The position numbers were made by a program, and so were the translations under genes. The notes beneath the pieces are model-generated. The model was not told the origin of the DNA and did no database searches. It saw only the letters and a program-made list of their open reading frames with translations. From a virus, in IMG/VR virus record IMGVR_UViG_3300032897_000003, positions 14,930 through 78,929 of that record: a stretch of DNA of 64,000 nt; one strand, 5' to 3'. Position 1 is the first letter of the stretch. Each line of letters opens with the position of its first letter. Below are positions 49,343-60,230 of this stretch, piece by piece.

Positions 49343-49744
49343 ATGTCACGAGCACATAAGAGACCACCGCACCGGATAGAGCGTGACGACGCGATGAAAG
49401 CGCAGGGGTGCCTCTCCATCCCGGTGGCAGCGAAAGCCCTCGGGGTGAGCGCGGCGAGGGCCTACGCGCTGGCGTCTGCTGGGGCTCTCGCCGTGCAGAA
49501 GCTCGGCGGATCGGTCTACGTCTCGGCGGCATCGCTCAAGGCCTACCAAGATGCCCAAAAGGCTCCCCCGGGCTGGATACAGCTCTCCACGGCCTGCCAC
49601 CTCTACCACTACCACAAAGCCACGCTCAACAAGCGGGCGGCAGTCGGGCAGCTGCGCCGGCAACGATTCGGGGGACGCACCTATTTTGCCGTTGCCGACC
49701 TTGAGGCGATGGTCCGCGTTTCCACCGCGTTAGACGCACCATAA
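49343..49744 (+). CDS. tandem HTH (excisionase-like) protein
   Basis: Two winged-HTH-like repeats. Confidence 0.6.
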   Translation: MSRAHKRPPHRIERDDAMKAQGCLSIPVAAKALGVSAARAYALASAGALAVQKLGGSVYVSAASLKAYQDAQKAPPGWIQLSTACHLYHYHKATLNKRAAVGQLRRQRFGGRTYFAVADLEAMVRVSTALDAP

Positions 49745-49773
49745 ATTATTTTCGACCGGCTGGTTGTTTTTTC

Positions 49774-49802
49774 TTGCGGGTGACGTTGCAAGATGGTACT
49801 CT
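49774..49802 (+). promoter_or_regulatory. sigma70-like promoter TTGCGG-17-TACTCT, leaderless ATG at 49809
   Basis: Extended -10 TG; ATG 6 nt downstream; T-rich upstream element. Confidence 0.6.
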
Positions 49803-49808
49803 AGAATC

Positions 49809-51584
49809 ATGAAGACGATGACGAATGCGCAACGACAGAATCTGAGCCGAACGCAGGAACTGCCGATCATCGGCGCCGACGGCTCGCTCTCAGCCGAAAC
49901 CCAGGCGTGGCTGACCGCTCTCGCGCAGAGCCGCCATCCATGCGAGCGCACCATCCGCGAGCCCAGCGACCGCGGCGCCAGCATCGCGGAAATGCGCCGT
50001 GGCCTGCGCCGGACGCGCATCGACATGCCTTGCGTGGCGGTGGCGTCGTGAAGCGCGCAGTGGTCGTCGAGGATTTCTGGCGCGGACTCGTCAGCGTCGA
50101 GGTGCACCAGGTCCACTCGGACGGCAGCGAGTCGTATTGCTACTGCTACCGACAGATGACCCTGCTCCTGCGCGCGGAAGCGCATCGGATTGCGCGATTA
50201 CTAAACCGCGCATGGCAAATTGAGGTGGTGTCGTGAAGTCCGACCTGCAGGCCGCCATACTGGCCGAGCTGCTGCGCCGCCAGCGCGCCTCGGCCCTCCG
50301 GACCACGCGCGAGTGCCCGGTCGTGACCACCGCCCTGGCCGAGTCGATTCGCTCGGACCTGGCGACGACGCGCGAGCTGCCGGCGGTGCAGTCGTGAGTC
50401 TCACCATCCGTCAGTCCGGCCTGTATCAAGCTGGTGTACGCATCGGCGGTCGTTGCGATTGCGATGGCGAGCCTGGCTACGTGACTCTGGCGGTCTTGCT
50501 CGAAGATGGCACCGATGTGCGAATCTCGGTCAAGCTCACGCCAGGCAACGCCCGCCGTATCGGCCAGGCGCTCATTCGCTACGCCGCCCGAGCGGCCCAA
50601 GAAAAACGGAGGAAGCCGTAATGCTCACCCGCGATCCCGACATCCGTGCCGCCGAAGTCGCGGCCTACAACGAGCGACTGCTCATCAATTTCGCTCGCAT
50701 GCTCGAACAACGGACGCGCGACCTCATCGGCGCCACGCCGGTGTGGGGAGACTACTGCGTCTGGCTGTCGCAACGAAACCCCGACACAAGGAGCAACTGA
50801 CCATGCGCGAGTTGATTTGTATTGGCCTGATTCCCGTCGGTCTATCCTACGGAGTCGTCCGCCTCGTGGTCTGGTGGACCGACCGATTGGAGCGCCAGGA
50901 CGACGAACTGCTCGACGAGATTCGGCGCAAGTATGCCGACAAGGAGCGCAACTGATGCGCGCACTCAAGGACTGCATCCGCCTCGGCTCGCCGATGCCCA
51001 TCGTTGCCTGGCTGCTCACGCCGGTGACTTGGTGGCTGTGGCAACGCTCCAGGAGGGCTCGGTGATGCGCGTCCTCGGCACTGCGGTCGTTGTCCTGACT
51101 CTGCTCGCCTGCGCTTACGTCGGGTGGGCCAGCCTGGCGGAGGTGTTTCGATGATCGTCGGCGGAGGCAAGGTGAATTGGGTTCCGCTGCAACTCCACGG
51201 CGGGAAGCGCATCCGCGACGGACGTCTGGGCCTGCTGCGGTTCTTCTCCGATGATCGACGATGCGTGGCGTGCGGCTCGATCTGCCTGCTGTTTCCGCTG
51301 TCGCGCGGCCGCGCTGAGAACGACTTTTGCCCGCGCTGCGAGCGTGAGCGGCTGGAGGTCAGAGCGTGAGCAACTCGGTCGCCATCATCTCGGCCAGCGG
51401 CCCGGCGCATGTCGGCGACCTGTACGTGATTCTGTCCGCGGTTGGCGAGTTGGAGAGCGGCTACCTCTCTCGCCTGATTGACCGCGGAAACATCGCATCT
51501 CGGCGGCATTCAGTACACCTCGCCGAAGAAACCGGTGGATTCGGTTTATGCGCGAGGGCTACGGTCCTGACGGTCCCGAGCTAG
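49809..51584 (+). CDS. chain of about 10 translationally coupled mini-ORFs (29-80 aa)
   Basis: Successive GTGA/ATGA/TGATG/TAATG overlaps (50048, 50233, 50394, 50621, 50955, 51065, 51151, 51366); several are single-TM peptides. Confidence 0.55.
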
Positions 51585-51653
51585 CCACGAGGCGACCAAG
51601 GAAACAAACTCGTCTTTTGTGTGTGGATCGAAAAACTGAATAGCAGTCGAGAC

Positions 51654-51755
51654 TCCGCGCAGCCACGAATCCCAGCGGTGGGTGTCGCTCCGAAATCGAG
51701 CCCGAGGGCTCACGCCGAGCGGCGGCAAGCCGGTTCGAACCCGGCGCGCGGACCA
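51654..51755 (+). ncRNA. tRNA-like RNA lacking a canonical anticodon arm
   Basis: Acceptor TCCGCGC/GCGCGGA, T-arm GCCGG-TTCGAAC-CCGGC, terminal CCA. Confidence 0.6.
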
Positions 51756-51811
51756 GATCACGGAGATGGATAAAACTCAGGACCGCCGACAATAACTACA
51801 GGGAGACCATC

Positions 51812-53371
51812 ATGGGGACCATCACAGCAACGCTGACCATATTGCCTCGACCTCCTCTCAAGACCGCGGAGGTCCAACTGCCAGATCGATGCCCGAACTG
51901 CGAAAGCGACCTGCGGAAGAGCGGCGCCGTCATCGAGCACGCATGGACGAAGACGGTGCAGGCCTGCCACTTGGATGGGGACCAGCTGGAGTACAAGGGG
52001 CGCCAGGCGTGCGAAGATGCCGTCCTGGTCATCGGCTACGAATGCGCCGCATGCGAGGTGAGCATCATCAGCGCTGACGATGTGGCCGCGCAACAGGATG
52101 CCAAGGTGGAGCAGGCGGAGTCCTACCTAGGTGAGGCGGCGAAGCTGTACCGGGCTACGGTCCTGGATCCGCAAAGCGGTACCCTCAACGAGGTCATGGT
52201 CCCGGTCGGCCAGGTGGTTCCAGGGCAGCAGGTGCGGGAGGTGGTCTGCAAGAACAAGGTGTTGGAGGAGTTTCTGCGCTCCGTCTCGCCGGATCTGCTC
52301 CGCGACGTTACGCTCATCGCCGGAATGCCCAAGGAGGCACAGCCGGCCGCCATTGAGAAACTGCTGGCCCAGTGGAGAAGAAAGGCGGAGCAAGGGACTG
52401 CTCAGATCGGGCTGACGGGCGAGATTGGCGCCGTCGATTTCCTCACGGTCGAGGTGTGGGTCGAGCAGTTCGAGCCGGTGACGTCGTGAGCACGAATGAA
52501 TGTCTGGTCGCCATCATCATGATGGCGGTGTTTGGCTTCGCATGGTTAGAAGGATCGGTACAACTGCGCCGAACGCAGAAGCGTCTGTACAAGGCGACGT
52601 CGGACCTCGAGGTGGAGGTTGATGCTCAGATCGCCGATATGCGCTGTCCACACTGCGGGAAGCGCGTCTTTGTATCACACACCTCGGTGAAGGCGTGAGG
52701 GGACGTCCACACCTGCCGTACGAGGAGCCGGCGCGCTGCAAGTGCGGCGCCGAGCCCCTGGTCCTAGACAGACCTAAGCTCTGGCGCCGGTACAAGGTGA
52801 TCTGCCCGAACCGGGTGGAGCACACGGGTCGACCGTCCAAGCGTCTGGACAAGAAACCGAGCGGGTGCTTACTATCCACGCCCATGGCGGCAGTGCAGCG
52901 GGATCAGGCGATCCGCAACTGGAACCGCCAGTTCTTGCCCAAGACGAAACCGGTCCCGGTGGACCTGCCAAGGTGCAAGTGCGGGTTGCTTCTGCCGTGC
53001 GACCGGTGCATCCCCGACATCGCGGAGTTTGCTCGAGCCGTACCGGCGCAACGTCCAGTTGACGATCTAGGCTCCGCTACTCTACACCAGCGGGAAGAAT
53101 ACGAGAGTCGCCGCGACCGCAAGAAGGCTCTTGTTTGCCACGTGGTGAACCACCCGAGGGGGAGCAAAGCGGCGTGATGCTGAAGCTTGCCATGGAGTAC
53201 GTCCAAGCCGTGGGGCACGTGGCTCGGATCGAGATGGCCGTGCGCCTCAACCAAGCAAGTCGGAGCGACCTGGAAGCAGCGAAGAGGCGCGAGGAAGAGC
53301 TCAAGCTGGCCTACGCCCGTGCCAGCCGGAAACCGGCCAATTTTGACAAGACAAGGAAGGAAGCCCGGTGA
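51812..53371 (+). CDS. four hypothetical genes (51812-52489, 52486-52698, 52695-53177, 53177-53371), several with zinc ribbons
   Basis: Coupled ORFs with CxxC pairs. Confidence 0.55.
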
Positions 53372-54171
53372 CCAAAGCAACGCCACTTGTCAAATGGGTC
53401 GGAGGAAAACGGCAACTCATGCCCGAGCTTCTGGCCCGGGTGCCGTCCAGCTTCGCCACCTACCACGAGCCATTCCTCGGGGGAGGGGCTCTGTTCTTCG
53501 CTCTCCGACCCCAGCGGGCTGTCTTGAGCGACATCAACCAGGAGATCGTCACCACCTACCAAGCGGTGCGAGACAATCCGCAGGTGGTGATCGATCTGCT
53601 GCAGGAGCTCGTGCTCGGCCACTGCGAGGTGCAGTTCTACAGCGTGCGCGACCGGCGGTACACGGATCCGGCGGAGGTGGCGGCCCGCATGATCTACCTG
53701 AACAAGACGTGCTTCAACGGGCTCTATCGCGTGAACGCCAGTGGGAAGTTCAACGTGCCGATCGGCAAGTTCAAGACGCCCCCGACCATCTGCGACGTCG
53801 CGAATCTGCGTGCCTGCTCGGAGGCGCTCCAGGGGGCAGAGCTCATCCAGGCCGACTTCCGCACGGCACTGCTCAGGCCTAACCGGGGAGACTTTGTCTA
53901 CTGCGACCCTCCATACATTCCGCTATCTGCTACCTCGTCATTCACGAGCTACTCGGCGGGCGGGTTCGGGCCCGAGGACCAGCGGTGCCTAGCCAGCATG
54001 GCGCGCGAGCTTGCCACCTGCGGGGTGCACGTGCTGCTGTCCAATAGCTCCGCCCCGGCCGTGTTCGAGCTCTATCAGGGCATGAAGGTAGAGAAGGTGG
54101 CAGCCCGGAGGAACGTCAACTGCAAGGGGGAGTCCCGCGGGGAAATCAGCGAGGTTCTCATCTCGGCGTGA
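53368..54171 (+). CDS. dam: Dam-family DNA adenine methyltransferase
   Basis: KWVGGKRQL, EPFLGGGA, YLNKTCFNGLYRVN, FVYCDPPY. Confidence 0.92.
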   Translation: MTKATPLVKWVGGKRQLMPELLARVPSSFATYHEPFLGGGALFFALRPQRAVLSDINQEIVTTYQAVRDNPQVVIDLLQELVLGHCEVQFYSVRDRRYTDPAEVAARMIYLNKTCFNGLYRVNASGKFNVPIGKFKTPPTICDVANLRACSEALQGAELIQADFRTALLRPNRGDFVYCDPPYIPLSATSSFTSYSAGGFGPEDQRCLASMARELATCGVHVLLSNSSAPAVFELYQGMKVEKVAARRNVNCKGESRGEISEVLISA

Positions 54172-54195
54172 TGGCCAGAAAGGCGAAGGGAAAGC

Positions 54196-54594
54196 ATGGA
54201 GACGGTGACGACAACCGCACGAGATAAGGAAGCGCAGTTCCTCCAGTTTCTGAAGGAAGGCTGGGTTACGGTTTACCTCGACCCCCGCCGGGACGGGGTG
54301 CGGGTGCCAGAGGATCTGAAAGGGCAACCCTGTCTCGCCTTGCAGTACGGCTACAACATGCCGGTGCCCATCCCTGACCTCACCATTACGGACGACGGGG
54401 TGTGGGCCACCCTATCGTTTCAGCAGCACCCACACGACACGTTCGTCCCGTGGGAGGCCGTCTTCAGCATGAGGGTTCCAGTCACCGACTCCTACGCGGT
54501 GTTCGAAGACAGCATACCGAAGGAGGTCAAAGTTTACGTTCCTCAGGGAGAGCGTACCCGTAAGAATCGACCACACCTCAGATTGGTGGATTAG
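54196..54594 (+). CDS. sspB: ClpXP adaptor SspB (myxobacterial type)
   Basis: YLDPRRDGVRVP, YNMPVPIPDL, ATLSF, VPWEAVF, C-terminal ClpX-binding-like RPHLRLVD. Confidence 0.85.
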   Translation: METVTTTARDKEAQFLQFLKEGWVTVYLDPRRDGVRVPEDLKGQPCLALQYGYNMPVPIPDLTITDDGVWATLSFQQHPHDTFVPWEAVFSMRVPVTDSYAVFEDSIPKEVKVYVPQGERTRKNRPHLRLVD

Positions 54595-54827
54595 AGAGCG
54601 ATGATTGTGGTCATCACCCAGGTAGGTCATCCACTGTGCGGCCGAGCGGCTGTATTGCGCAGGAGGAGAATGCAGGACGACGGCGTATGGTTCGAGATCA
54701 TAGAGAGTCTGACGCCCGATGAGCGAGAGGCGGCATCCAAGGTGCTGCCTTTCCCACCGGAGGACGAGAGGGGCCAGAACGTGCTGCTCTACCCGGAGCA
54801 GTACCGGAAGGTTGACGACGGTCTAAA

Positions 54828-55496
54828 GTGACACTCGACCTGTACCTACTGCCAGAGCGTGACCGTCTGCTGTTGGTAGGCTACCTCACTGCCAAGGAAT
54901 TCGTTGTCCGAGCTGGCTTTGCGAGTGACATCGATTGGGCCGAAAATCTGCGCTTCGTGCAGCTGACCCCAGGCTACGTGATGCGAGAAACGGCATGGGT
55001 CATCGTGAACAGCGGTTTTCGTTTCCAGGTGGCGCGCAAGCTGTGGCCAGCGCTCGAAGACGCGTTCAACGGTTTCGATCCGGAGCGCATAGACGAGAGG
55101 TGCCGCCCTGGAGCTTTGCGAGTTCTGAACTATCCAAGGAAGATTGACGCCATCATCCAGATGGCCTGCCTGGTGCGCGACTGTTTCGACATCATCGTCG
55201 AGCATCGTGCGGACGTCGATTATCTCCGCTCTCTACCGTTCATTGGACCGGTGACCTGTTACCATCTGGCAAAACTCCTAGGGGCAGACGTGGTCAAACC
55301 GGATGTCCACCTAGTCAGAGCGAGCACGGCAGCAGAGATGGAGCCGCAAGCTCTCTGCAACCTGCTCGGCTCCCTCACAGGTGACAGAGCCACGACCGTC
55401 GACTCGGTGCTGTGGCGCTGGGCGGAGCAGAAGCAAGCAAAGCTCGAAGACTGGATGTTGCTGTTCTCGAGCGCAACCAAACAGGAACTCTCATGA
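54828..55496 (+). CDS. HhH-GPD-like DNA glycosylase-fold protein
   Basis: LRSLPFIGPVTCYHLAKLLG.DVVKPDVHL. Confidence 0.65.
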   Translation: MTLDLYLLPERDRLLLVGYLTAKEFVVRAGFASDIDWAENLRFVQLTPGYVMRETAWVIVNSGFRFQVARKLWPALEDAFNGFDPERIDERCRPGALRVLNYPRKIDAIIQMACLVRDCFDIIVEHRADVDYLRSLPFIGPVTCYHLAKLLGADVVKPDVHLVRASTAAEMEPQALCNLLGSLTGDRATTVDSVLWRWAEQKQAKLEDWMLLFSSATKQELS

Positions 55497-56071
55497 CCGA
55501 CCTTGTGGTTACCGTCCCGAAGGGCATGTGGCTGGACTGGATTCGTGAGGGCGACGTTGCTGGCGATCCAGCAAGCTCCCTGGAATGGGGATTCCACCTC
55601 GGAGGTGGTCGTCCCCCCATTTCCCCGGGTGAGCGTCTGTACATCGTCGCCTGGGGCAGACTGCGCGGCTATGCTCCGGTGACAAGGGTGGAGCGCACCG
55701 GCCGCGGGTGGTGCATAGTCCGCAAGGGAGGTGCGGTGGCGTGCACGCTCGACCAGGAGATCGTTGGATTCCGCGGCTGGCGTAAGCGCTGGTGGGAGAA
55801 CGAAGACGAGAGGAGCTTCGAGGGCTGGGAGGTCGCAGGCCTGCCAGACACGGTGCGAGCCCAGGTAGAGGCGCACAGGAGGGAGCGGAGGCTCGTCCCT
55901 TGCAAGTGCGGGAAACAGCCGAAAGTATACGACAAGTCAGGTGAGGCGGTTCTCCTGTGCAAGGATTGCATGGAATTCGTCGGCCCCGACCTTCCAGGCC
56001 TACTACCAATGCTCTGGAACCATTTCCAGCACAGGGCTGCAAGCCAGGCGTTTGTCGACAGCGTGCGGTGA
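55493..56071 (+). CDS. hypothetical protein (PUA-like N-terminus, Zn-ribbon C-terminus)
   Basis: PGERLYIVAWGRLRGY, GFRGWR. Confidence 0.5.
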   Translation: MTDLVVTVPKGMWLDWIREGDVAGDPASSLEWGFHLGGGRPPISPGERLYIVAWGRLRGYAPVTRVERTGRGWCIVRKGGAVACTLDQEIVGFRGWRKRWWENEDERSFEGWEVAGLPDTVRAQVEAHRRERRLVPCKCGKQPKVYDKSGEAVLLCKDCMEFVGPDLPGLLPMLWNHFQHRAASQAFVDSVR

Positions 56072-56327
56072 CCAACCGACCATCCGGCACCACGGTGTGG
56101 CCGGTGCGAGTGGCTCACGATGGAGCTTCGCAACGGCATGCCTCGCGGGGCCAAGGGCACTTACATGCTTCACCACGTGCTGGACTGAAGGTGGCTACAA
56201 TCACTCGCCAGAAATAGTTAGTCTACTGACCAAGTCGCGATTGTAAGTGTATGATTCTGCTGTACAATTAAAATCGTCATTCGAGCTTGACTGTGAACCT
56301 GTTGTGTTGTACTACTGACTAGAATCA

Positions 56328-56642
56328 ATGCTCAGCGTCAGGCTCTTGCGAGTGATGCTTGGTATCAACCAACAGACCCTTTGCGAGGCTAGCGGAGTCT
56401 CGCGACAGGCCCTCTCACTGTACGAGACAGGCGCGCAGTTTCCGAGCCGCCGGGCTGCCGCCTTGTTGGACCGGGCCATCGTGGACATTATCGACAAGCG
56501 GGTGATGAAGGCGGTGCAGGAGATGCACCATCCGCCTGCAGGGGTGGAAGCGACCGCCACGCCTACGCCGATGCCGTCCAACGTGGTGCCACTGGGGAGT
56601 GCGACGGCCGCTCTGACGCCTGACAAGCAAGGTGGTCGATGA
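56328..56642 (+). CDS. XRE-family HTH regulator
   Basis: LRVMLGINQQTLCEASGVSRQALSLYETG; AT-rich promoter region upstream (TTGACT at 56287). Confidence 0.85.
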   Translation: MLSVRLLRVMLGINQQTLCEASGVSRQALSLYETGAQFPSRRAAALLDRAIVDIIDKRVMKAVQEMHHPPAGVEATATPTPMPSNVVPLGSATAALTPDKQGGR

Positions 56643-56844
56643 TGTGGCCGCGGTTGCAGAAGGCATTGCAGTACGACCTCACTCGGGCGCTGTTCCCGAA
56701 GCTGCAGTGCGGGAAGTACAGCAGCGGGTTCTGGGCGAGGCTCACCTACGGCAATGGGGACGAGATCCATGTGTCGAGACAGGAGACGCTGATCTCGTGC
56801 TTTGACCTGATTGATTCCCTCCTCGAAGCTACGGAGTAGGACCG

Positions 56845-57672
56845 ATGGCGTTGATCGGTCACATCCGGCGCAAGAAGGGGGGGCGCAAGGGTGGCGGCTT
56901 TAGCGGCCTGCCTCCTGACGACCCTCCGGTTGCGCACGCCCCACCGATCATGAGCAAAGAGGATGTGAGGGTCGAGGCCGAGCTGGTGGCGAAGGGCGTG
57001 AAGCTGGAGGAGACCCAGCGTAAGTGGCGCAGCAAGGGCCCGAGCGCTGGGAGGACGCTGCAGGCGATCGAGGATGAGATCTCGGCGGACCCTGGCTTGG
57101 TCGGGCGTCCGCAGGTTCGGTGGGCGCGAATGCTGATGGCGACCGCGCATCTGCGCAACCTCGACGGGTCGCCAGTCGTGGACAAGAACGGGAAGCGGCT
57201 CGACCAGATGACCATTCGGGAGCTGCTGATCCATGTCGGGATGATCTCGGCGATCAACCAGTCCAATCCGCACCAGTACGAATTCTGGAGAGACCTTGTA
57301 TGGCTGCTGTGCGATAAGCCGCGGGAGGCGGTGGAGCTCAGCGGGCCCGGGGGAGGACCCATCAGGTCGGAGTCGCGCCGCCTGGAATCTCTGTCTGACG
57401 AGGAGGTGGCGGCGAAGATGGTGCGAGCTACTCGGATCGCTCAGGCGGTGCTCGAGGGGAAGGAGCGCCCCCCCAGCCTTGCGGACGCCATCGAGGTCAC
57501 TGGCACGCCGGTTATTCCGGCCGAGGTGCCCAAGGGAAACGCAACATTCGAAGCGGTGCCGGCGCCTGAACCAGGGCAGCCGAATGGGCCACCGCCGGCT
57601 GCCACAGCGCCGGCACCGCAGAGATCATTACCGGCACTGCCTACGGGGATGATCCCAACGAACAGGCGGTGA
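56845..57672 (+). CDS. probable terminase small subunit
   Basis: VELSGPGGGPI...LSDEE motif; upstream of the large subunit. Confidence 0.5.
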   Translation: MALIGHIRRKKGGRKGGGFSGLPPDDPPVAHAPPIMSKEDVRVEAELVAKGVKLEETQRKWRSKGPSAGRTLQAIEDEISADPGLVGRPQVRWARMLMATAHLRNLDGSPVVDKNGKRLDQMTIRELLIHVGMISAINQSNPHQYEFWRDLVWLLCDKPREAVELSGPGGGPIRSESRRLESLSDEEVAAKMVRATRIAQAVLEGKERPPSLADAIEVTGTPVIPAEVPKGNATFEAVPAPEPGQPNGPPPAATAPAPQRSLPALPTGMIPTNRR

Positions 57673-57679
57673 GGAAAGG

Positions 57680-58177
57680 ATGGACCCAATGCCTAGCTCT
57701 CGAATAAGGAAGACAGGACCAGCTCAGGTGTCTTTGATACAGGCGGAGCGTGACAGGCTCGAGAACATGTTGTTCGACGTCGCCTGCCCACATGTTCCGA
57801 TGGCGGCAGTCCTTGGTTTTGACCAGATGCTGGCAAAAGAGATCTCCGACCGGGAATGGGACCAGGTGAGGTTTGCGGAATACATGAGCAAGCTAGCCAA
57901 TGCGGCTCTGGCGTTGGGGTTGAAGGTTCCTCAGCTAGGCGATCTGGTGATGGTGTCGATCCCGAGGGTCATAGAACCAACGCTGATCAGGGTGCAGGCT
58001 AAGCCGGATGATTCCCACGCGTGTATCCTGTGGGATGAATTGCCAGAGCAGATCTGCTTCTATGTGCGTTGTGGCAGCCCAGCGATCAGCCATCGCCTGT
58101 CGGCACTGTCCGAATCTTGGAGATGGCCGACCGCGGATGAGCTGGCTGGTCTGTCCGAAGCGATTAAGGAGGCATAG
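57680..58177 (+). CDS. hypothetical protein
   Basis: AAGGA RBS. Confidence 0.5.
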   Translation: MDPMPSSRIRKTGPAQVSLIQAERDRLENMLFDVACPHVPMAAVLGFDQMLAKEISDREWDQVRFAEYMSKLANAALALGLKVPQLGDLVMVSIPRVIEPTLIRVQAKPDDSHACILWDELPEQICFYVRCGSPAISHRLSALSESWRWPTADELAGLSEAIKEA

Positions 58178-58181
58178 CTGG

Positions 58182-58724
58182 ATGACCTGCATCGTCGGCA
58201 TTGAGGACCACGGCCGGGTGCTGATCGGCGGCGACAGCGCGGTGACCGACAGCTTTGCCGGCCTGATCATCATGCGAGATCCCAAGGTCTTCCGGCTTGG
58301 GCCGCTGGTAATCGGCGTATCTGGCTCGCTCCGCATGACCCAGCTGTTGCAGCACGCGGTGAAGGTGCCCAAGCGCAGGGCTGGCGTGTCCGATGGAGCC
58401 TTCATCCGCCTGCACCTGATGACGGCCATTCGGAAGGCCTTCTGCGAGCATGGGTGGGTGAGGAGACACCAGGATGGGAACGAGCTCGCTGAATGCTTCC
58501 TCATCGGATACGGCAGCCAGCTGTACACGGTCGAGGACGACTTCAACGCTATGACCACGGTTGATGGATGCGACGCCGTGGGATGCGGTTGCCGCTACGC
58601 CATGGGCTCGCTGTATTCGACCAGGAGCTGGGATGACAATCGCGGGAGATTGATGGAGGCGCTGGAGGCAGCGTGCGCCTGCAACGCCCATTGCCGGCCA
58701 CCCTTCACGGTTCTGTCGACCTAG
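58182..58724 (+). CDS. HslV/proteasome-beta-like Ntn protease
   Basis: M-TCIVG...IGGDS, KVF, IGVSGS, AVGCGCRYAMGSL. Confidence 0.8.
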   Translation: MTCIVGIEDHGRVLIGGDSAVTDSFAGLIIMRDPKVFRLGPLVIGVSGSLRMTQLLQHAVKVPKRRAGVSDGAFIRLHLMTAIRKAFCEHGWVRRHQDGNELAECFLIGYGSQLYTVEDDFNAMTTVDGCDAVGCGCRYAMGSLYSTRSWDDNRGRLMEALEAACACNAHCRPPFTVLST

Positions 58725-58727
58725 TCC

Positions 58728-60218
58728 ATGCTGTCATCAGCGCAACGCCACGACCTGGAGGACGCGTACGAGATCGCGGAGGAGCGCCACATTGCCCTGG
58801 CCAGGACGAACATCCGAGCCTTCGTCTCGTACGTAATGCGGGATGAACAGACAGGGTCCGAAGTCGACCTGTCCGAGATGCACTACGCCTGGCACTACCT
58901 CGCAGACCAGTACGACCGGCTGATTGTGTGGTCGTTCCCCGAAAGCGGTAAGACCATCAATCTGTCGATCGCCCGCACGCTGTTCCGGCTTGGGCAGAAC
59001 CCGCAGCTGCTGTTTGGGATCTGCTCCGCGAGCGACGAGATGGCGATCAAGATCGCCGGTCTGATCGGACGCTACATCGAAAGCTCAGAAGAGCTGCACC
59101 GGGTGTTTCCGAAGCTGGTTCCGGACCCAGAGTCCTCGTGGAACACCAGCAGCATGACAGTGCTCCGACCGCACAAGGCGAAAGATCCGTCGATCAACGT
59201 CATCAGTGTGGGCTCGAACTTCCAGGGCAGCCGGTTGAACGAGATCATCATGGACGACATCCTGAACTTCGACAACACGCGGACCGCCCACATGCGCGAG
59301 CAGATGGAGGAGTGGTACCTGACCTCGGTGCCAGGTCGGCTCAACCCGGTGAACGGTCGTGCGATCTTCCTGGTGAACGCCTTCCACCCGGATGACTTGG
59401 CCCACCGGTTGGCGAAGAATCCACGCTGGAAGGCCTTCAAGTTCCCGATCGTGAAGAGGGACGGCCGGACCCCGCAGTGGCCGGAGCGCTGGGGCGAATC
59501 CGCCATTCAGGCGCGAATTGCCGAGCTCACGCCGGCAGAAGCGAACCGGCAGCTGATGCTGCAGGTGCGGAGCGACGAAACCTCGCGGTTCAAGGAAGCG
59601 TGGATCGAGGCCGCCAAACGGCGCGGGGAAGGGAAGGATCCTGCCTATGCCCTGCGCGCGGTTCCCGCTGGATGTCGGGTCGACATAGGAATAGACCTCG
59701 GCGTGAAGAAGGAAGAGAAGAACGCCAAGACGGTGTTCTTCGTTCTGCTCACCCATCCGAATGGGGACGAGGAGCTGTTGTGGGTCGAGGGGGCGAGGAT
59801 GCTGTCGCCGCAGATCCTTGAGAAGATCGAGGAGATGGAGCGACGATTTTCCGGCGCGCTTTTCGTTTGCGAGAACAACCAAGCCCAGGACTACATCGTG
59901 CAGTTGGTCCAGCATGGAACGTCTATCCAGATCGTGGGCTTCACGACCGGCAAGCAGAAGGTCGACCCGGTGTTTGGCATCGAGGGGATGACGGCCGGGT
60001 TGGCGGCCAACCCCTGCAAGTGGATCATCCCGAGCAGGGGTGGAAGATGCCACCCGGAGGTGCAGGCCTGGATCGATGGGTTGCTGGCCTACACGCCCGA
60101 GGCCCACACCTCGGACTATGTGATGGCGGGCTACTTCGCGCACGCCGCGAAGCTGCTGAAGCTTGAGAAACCCAAGCCCAAGACGGGCGTGGTCAACCTG
60201 AACCTCAGAAAGTGGTGA
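58728..60218 (+). CDS. terL: terminase large subunit
   Basis: Walker A-like PESGKT, Walker B IIMDD, WPERW, nuclease IGIDLG, ENNQAQ, SDYVMA. Confidence 0.9.
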   Translation: MLSSAQRHDLEDAYEIAEERHIALARTNIRAFVSYVMRDEQTGSEVDLSEMHYAWHYLADQYDRLIVWSFPESGKTINLSIARTLFRLGQNPQLLFGICSASDEMAIKIAGLIGRYIESSEELHRVFPKLVPDPESSWNTSSMTVLRPHKAKDPSINVISVGSNFQGSRLNEIIMDDILNFDNTRTAHMREQMEEWYLTSVPGRLNPVNGRAIFLVNAFHPDDLAHRLAKNPRWKAFKFPIVKRDGRTPQWPERWGESAIQARIAELTPAEANRQLMLQVRSDETSRFKEAWIEAAKRRGEGKDPAYALRAVPAGCRVDIGIDLGVKKEEKNAKTVFFVLLTHPNGDEELLWVEGARMLSPQILEKIEEMERRFSGALFVCENNQAQDYIVQLVQHGTSIQIVGFTTGKQKVDPVFGIEGMTAGLAANPCKWIIPSRGGRCHPEVQAWIDGLLAYTPEAHTSDYVMAGYFAHAAKLLKLEKPKPKTGVVNLNLRKW

Positions 60219-60230
60219 TAGGATAGCGAC

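Noticed and set aside
51654-51755. Standard tRNA with an assignable anticodon
   Set aside because: The only 7-nt loop candidate (CGAAATC) lacks U33 and purine 37, and its stem competes with a longer pairing; reported as tRNA-like instead.
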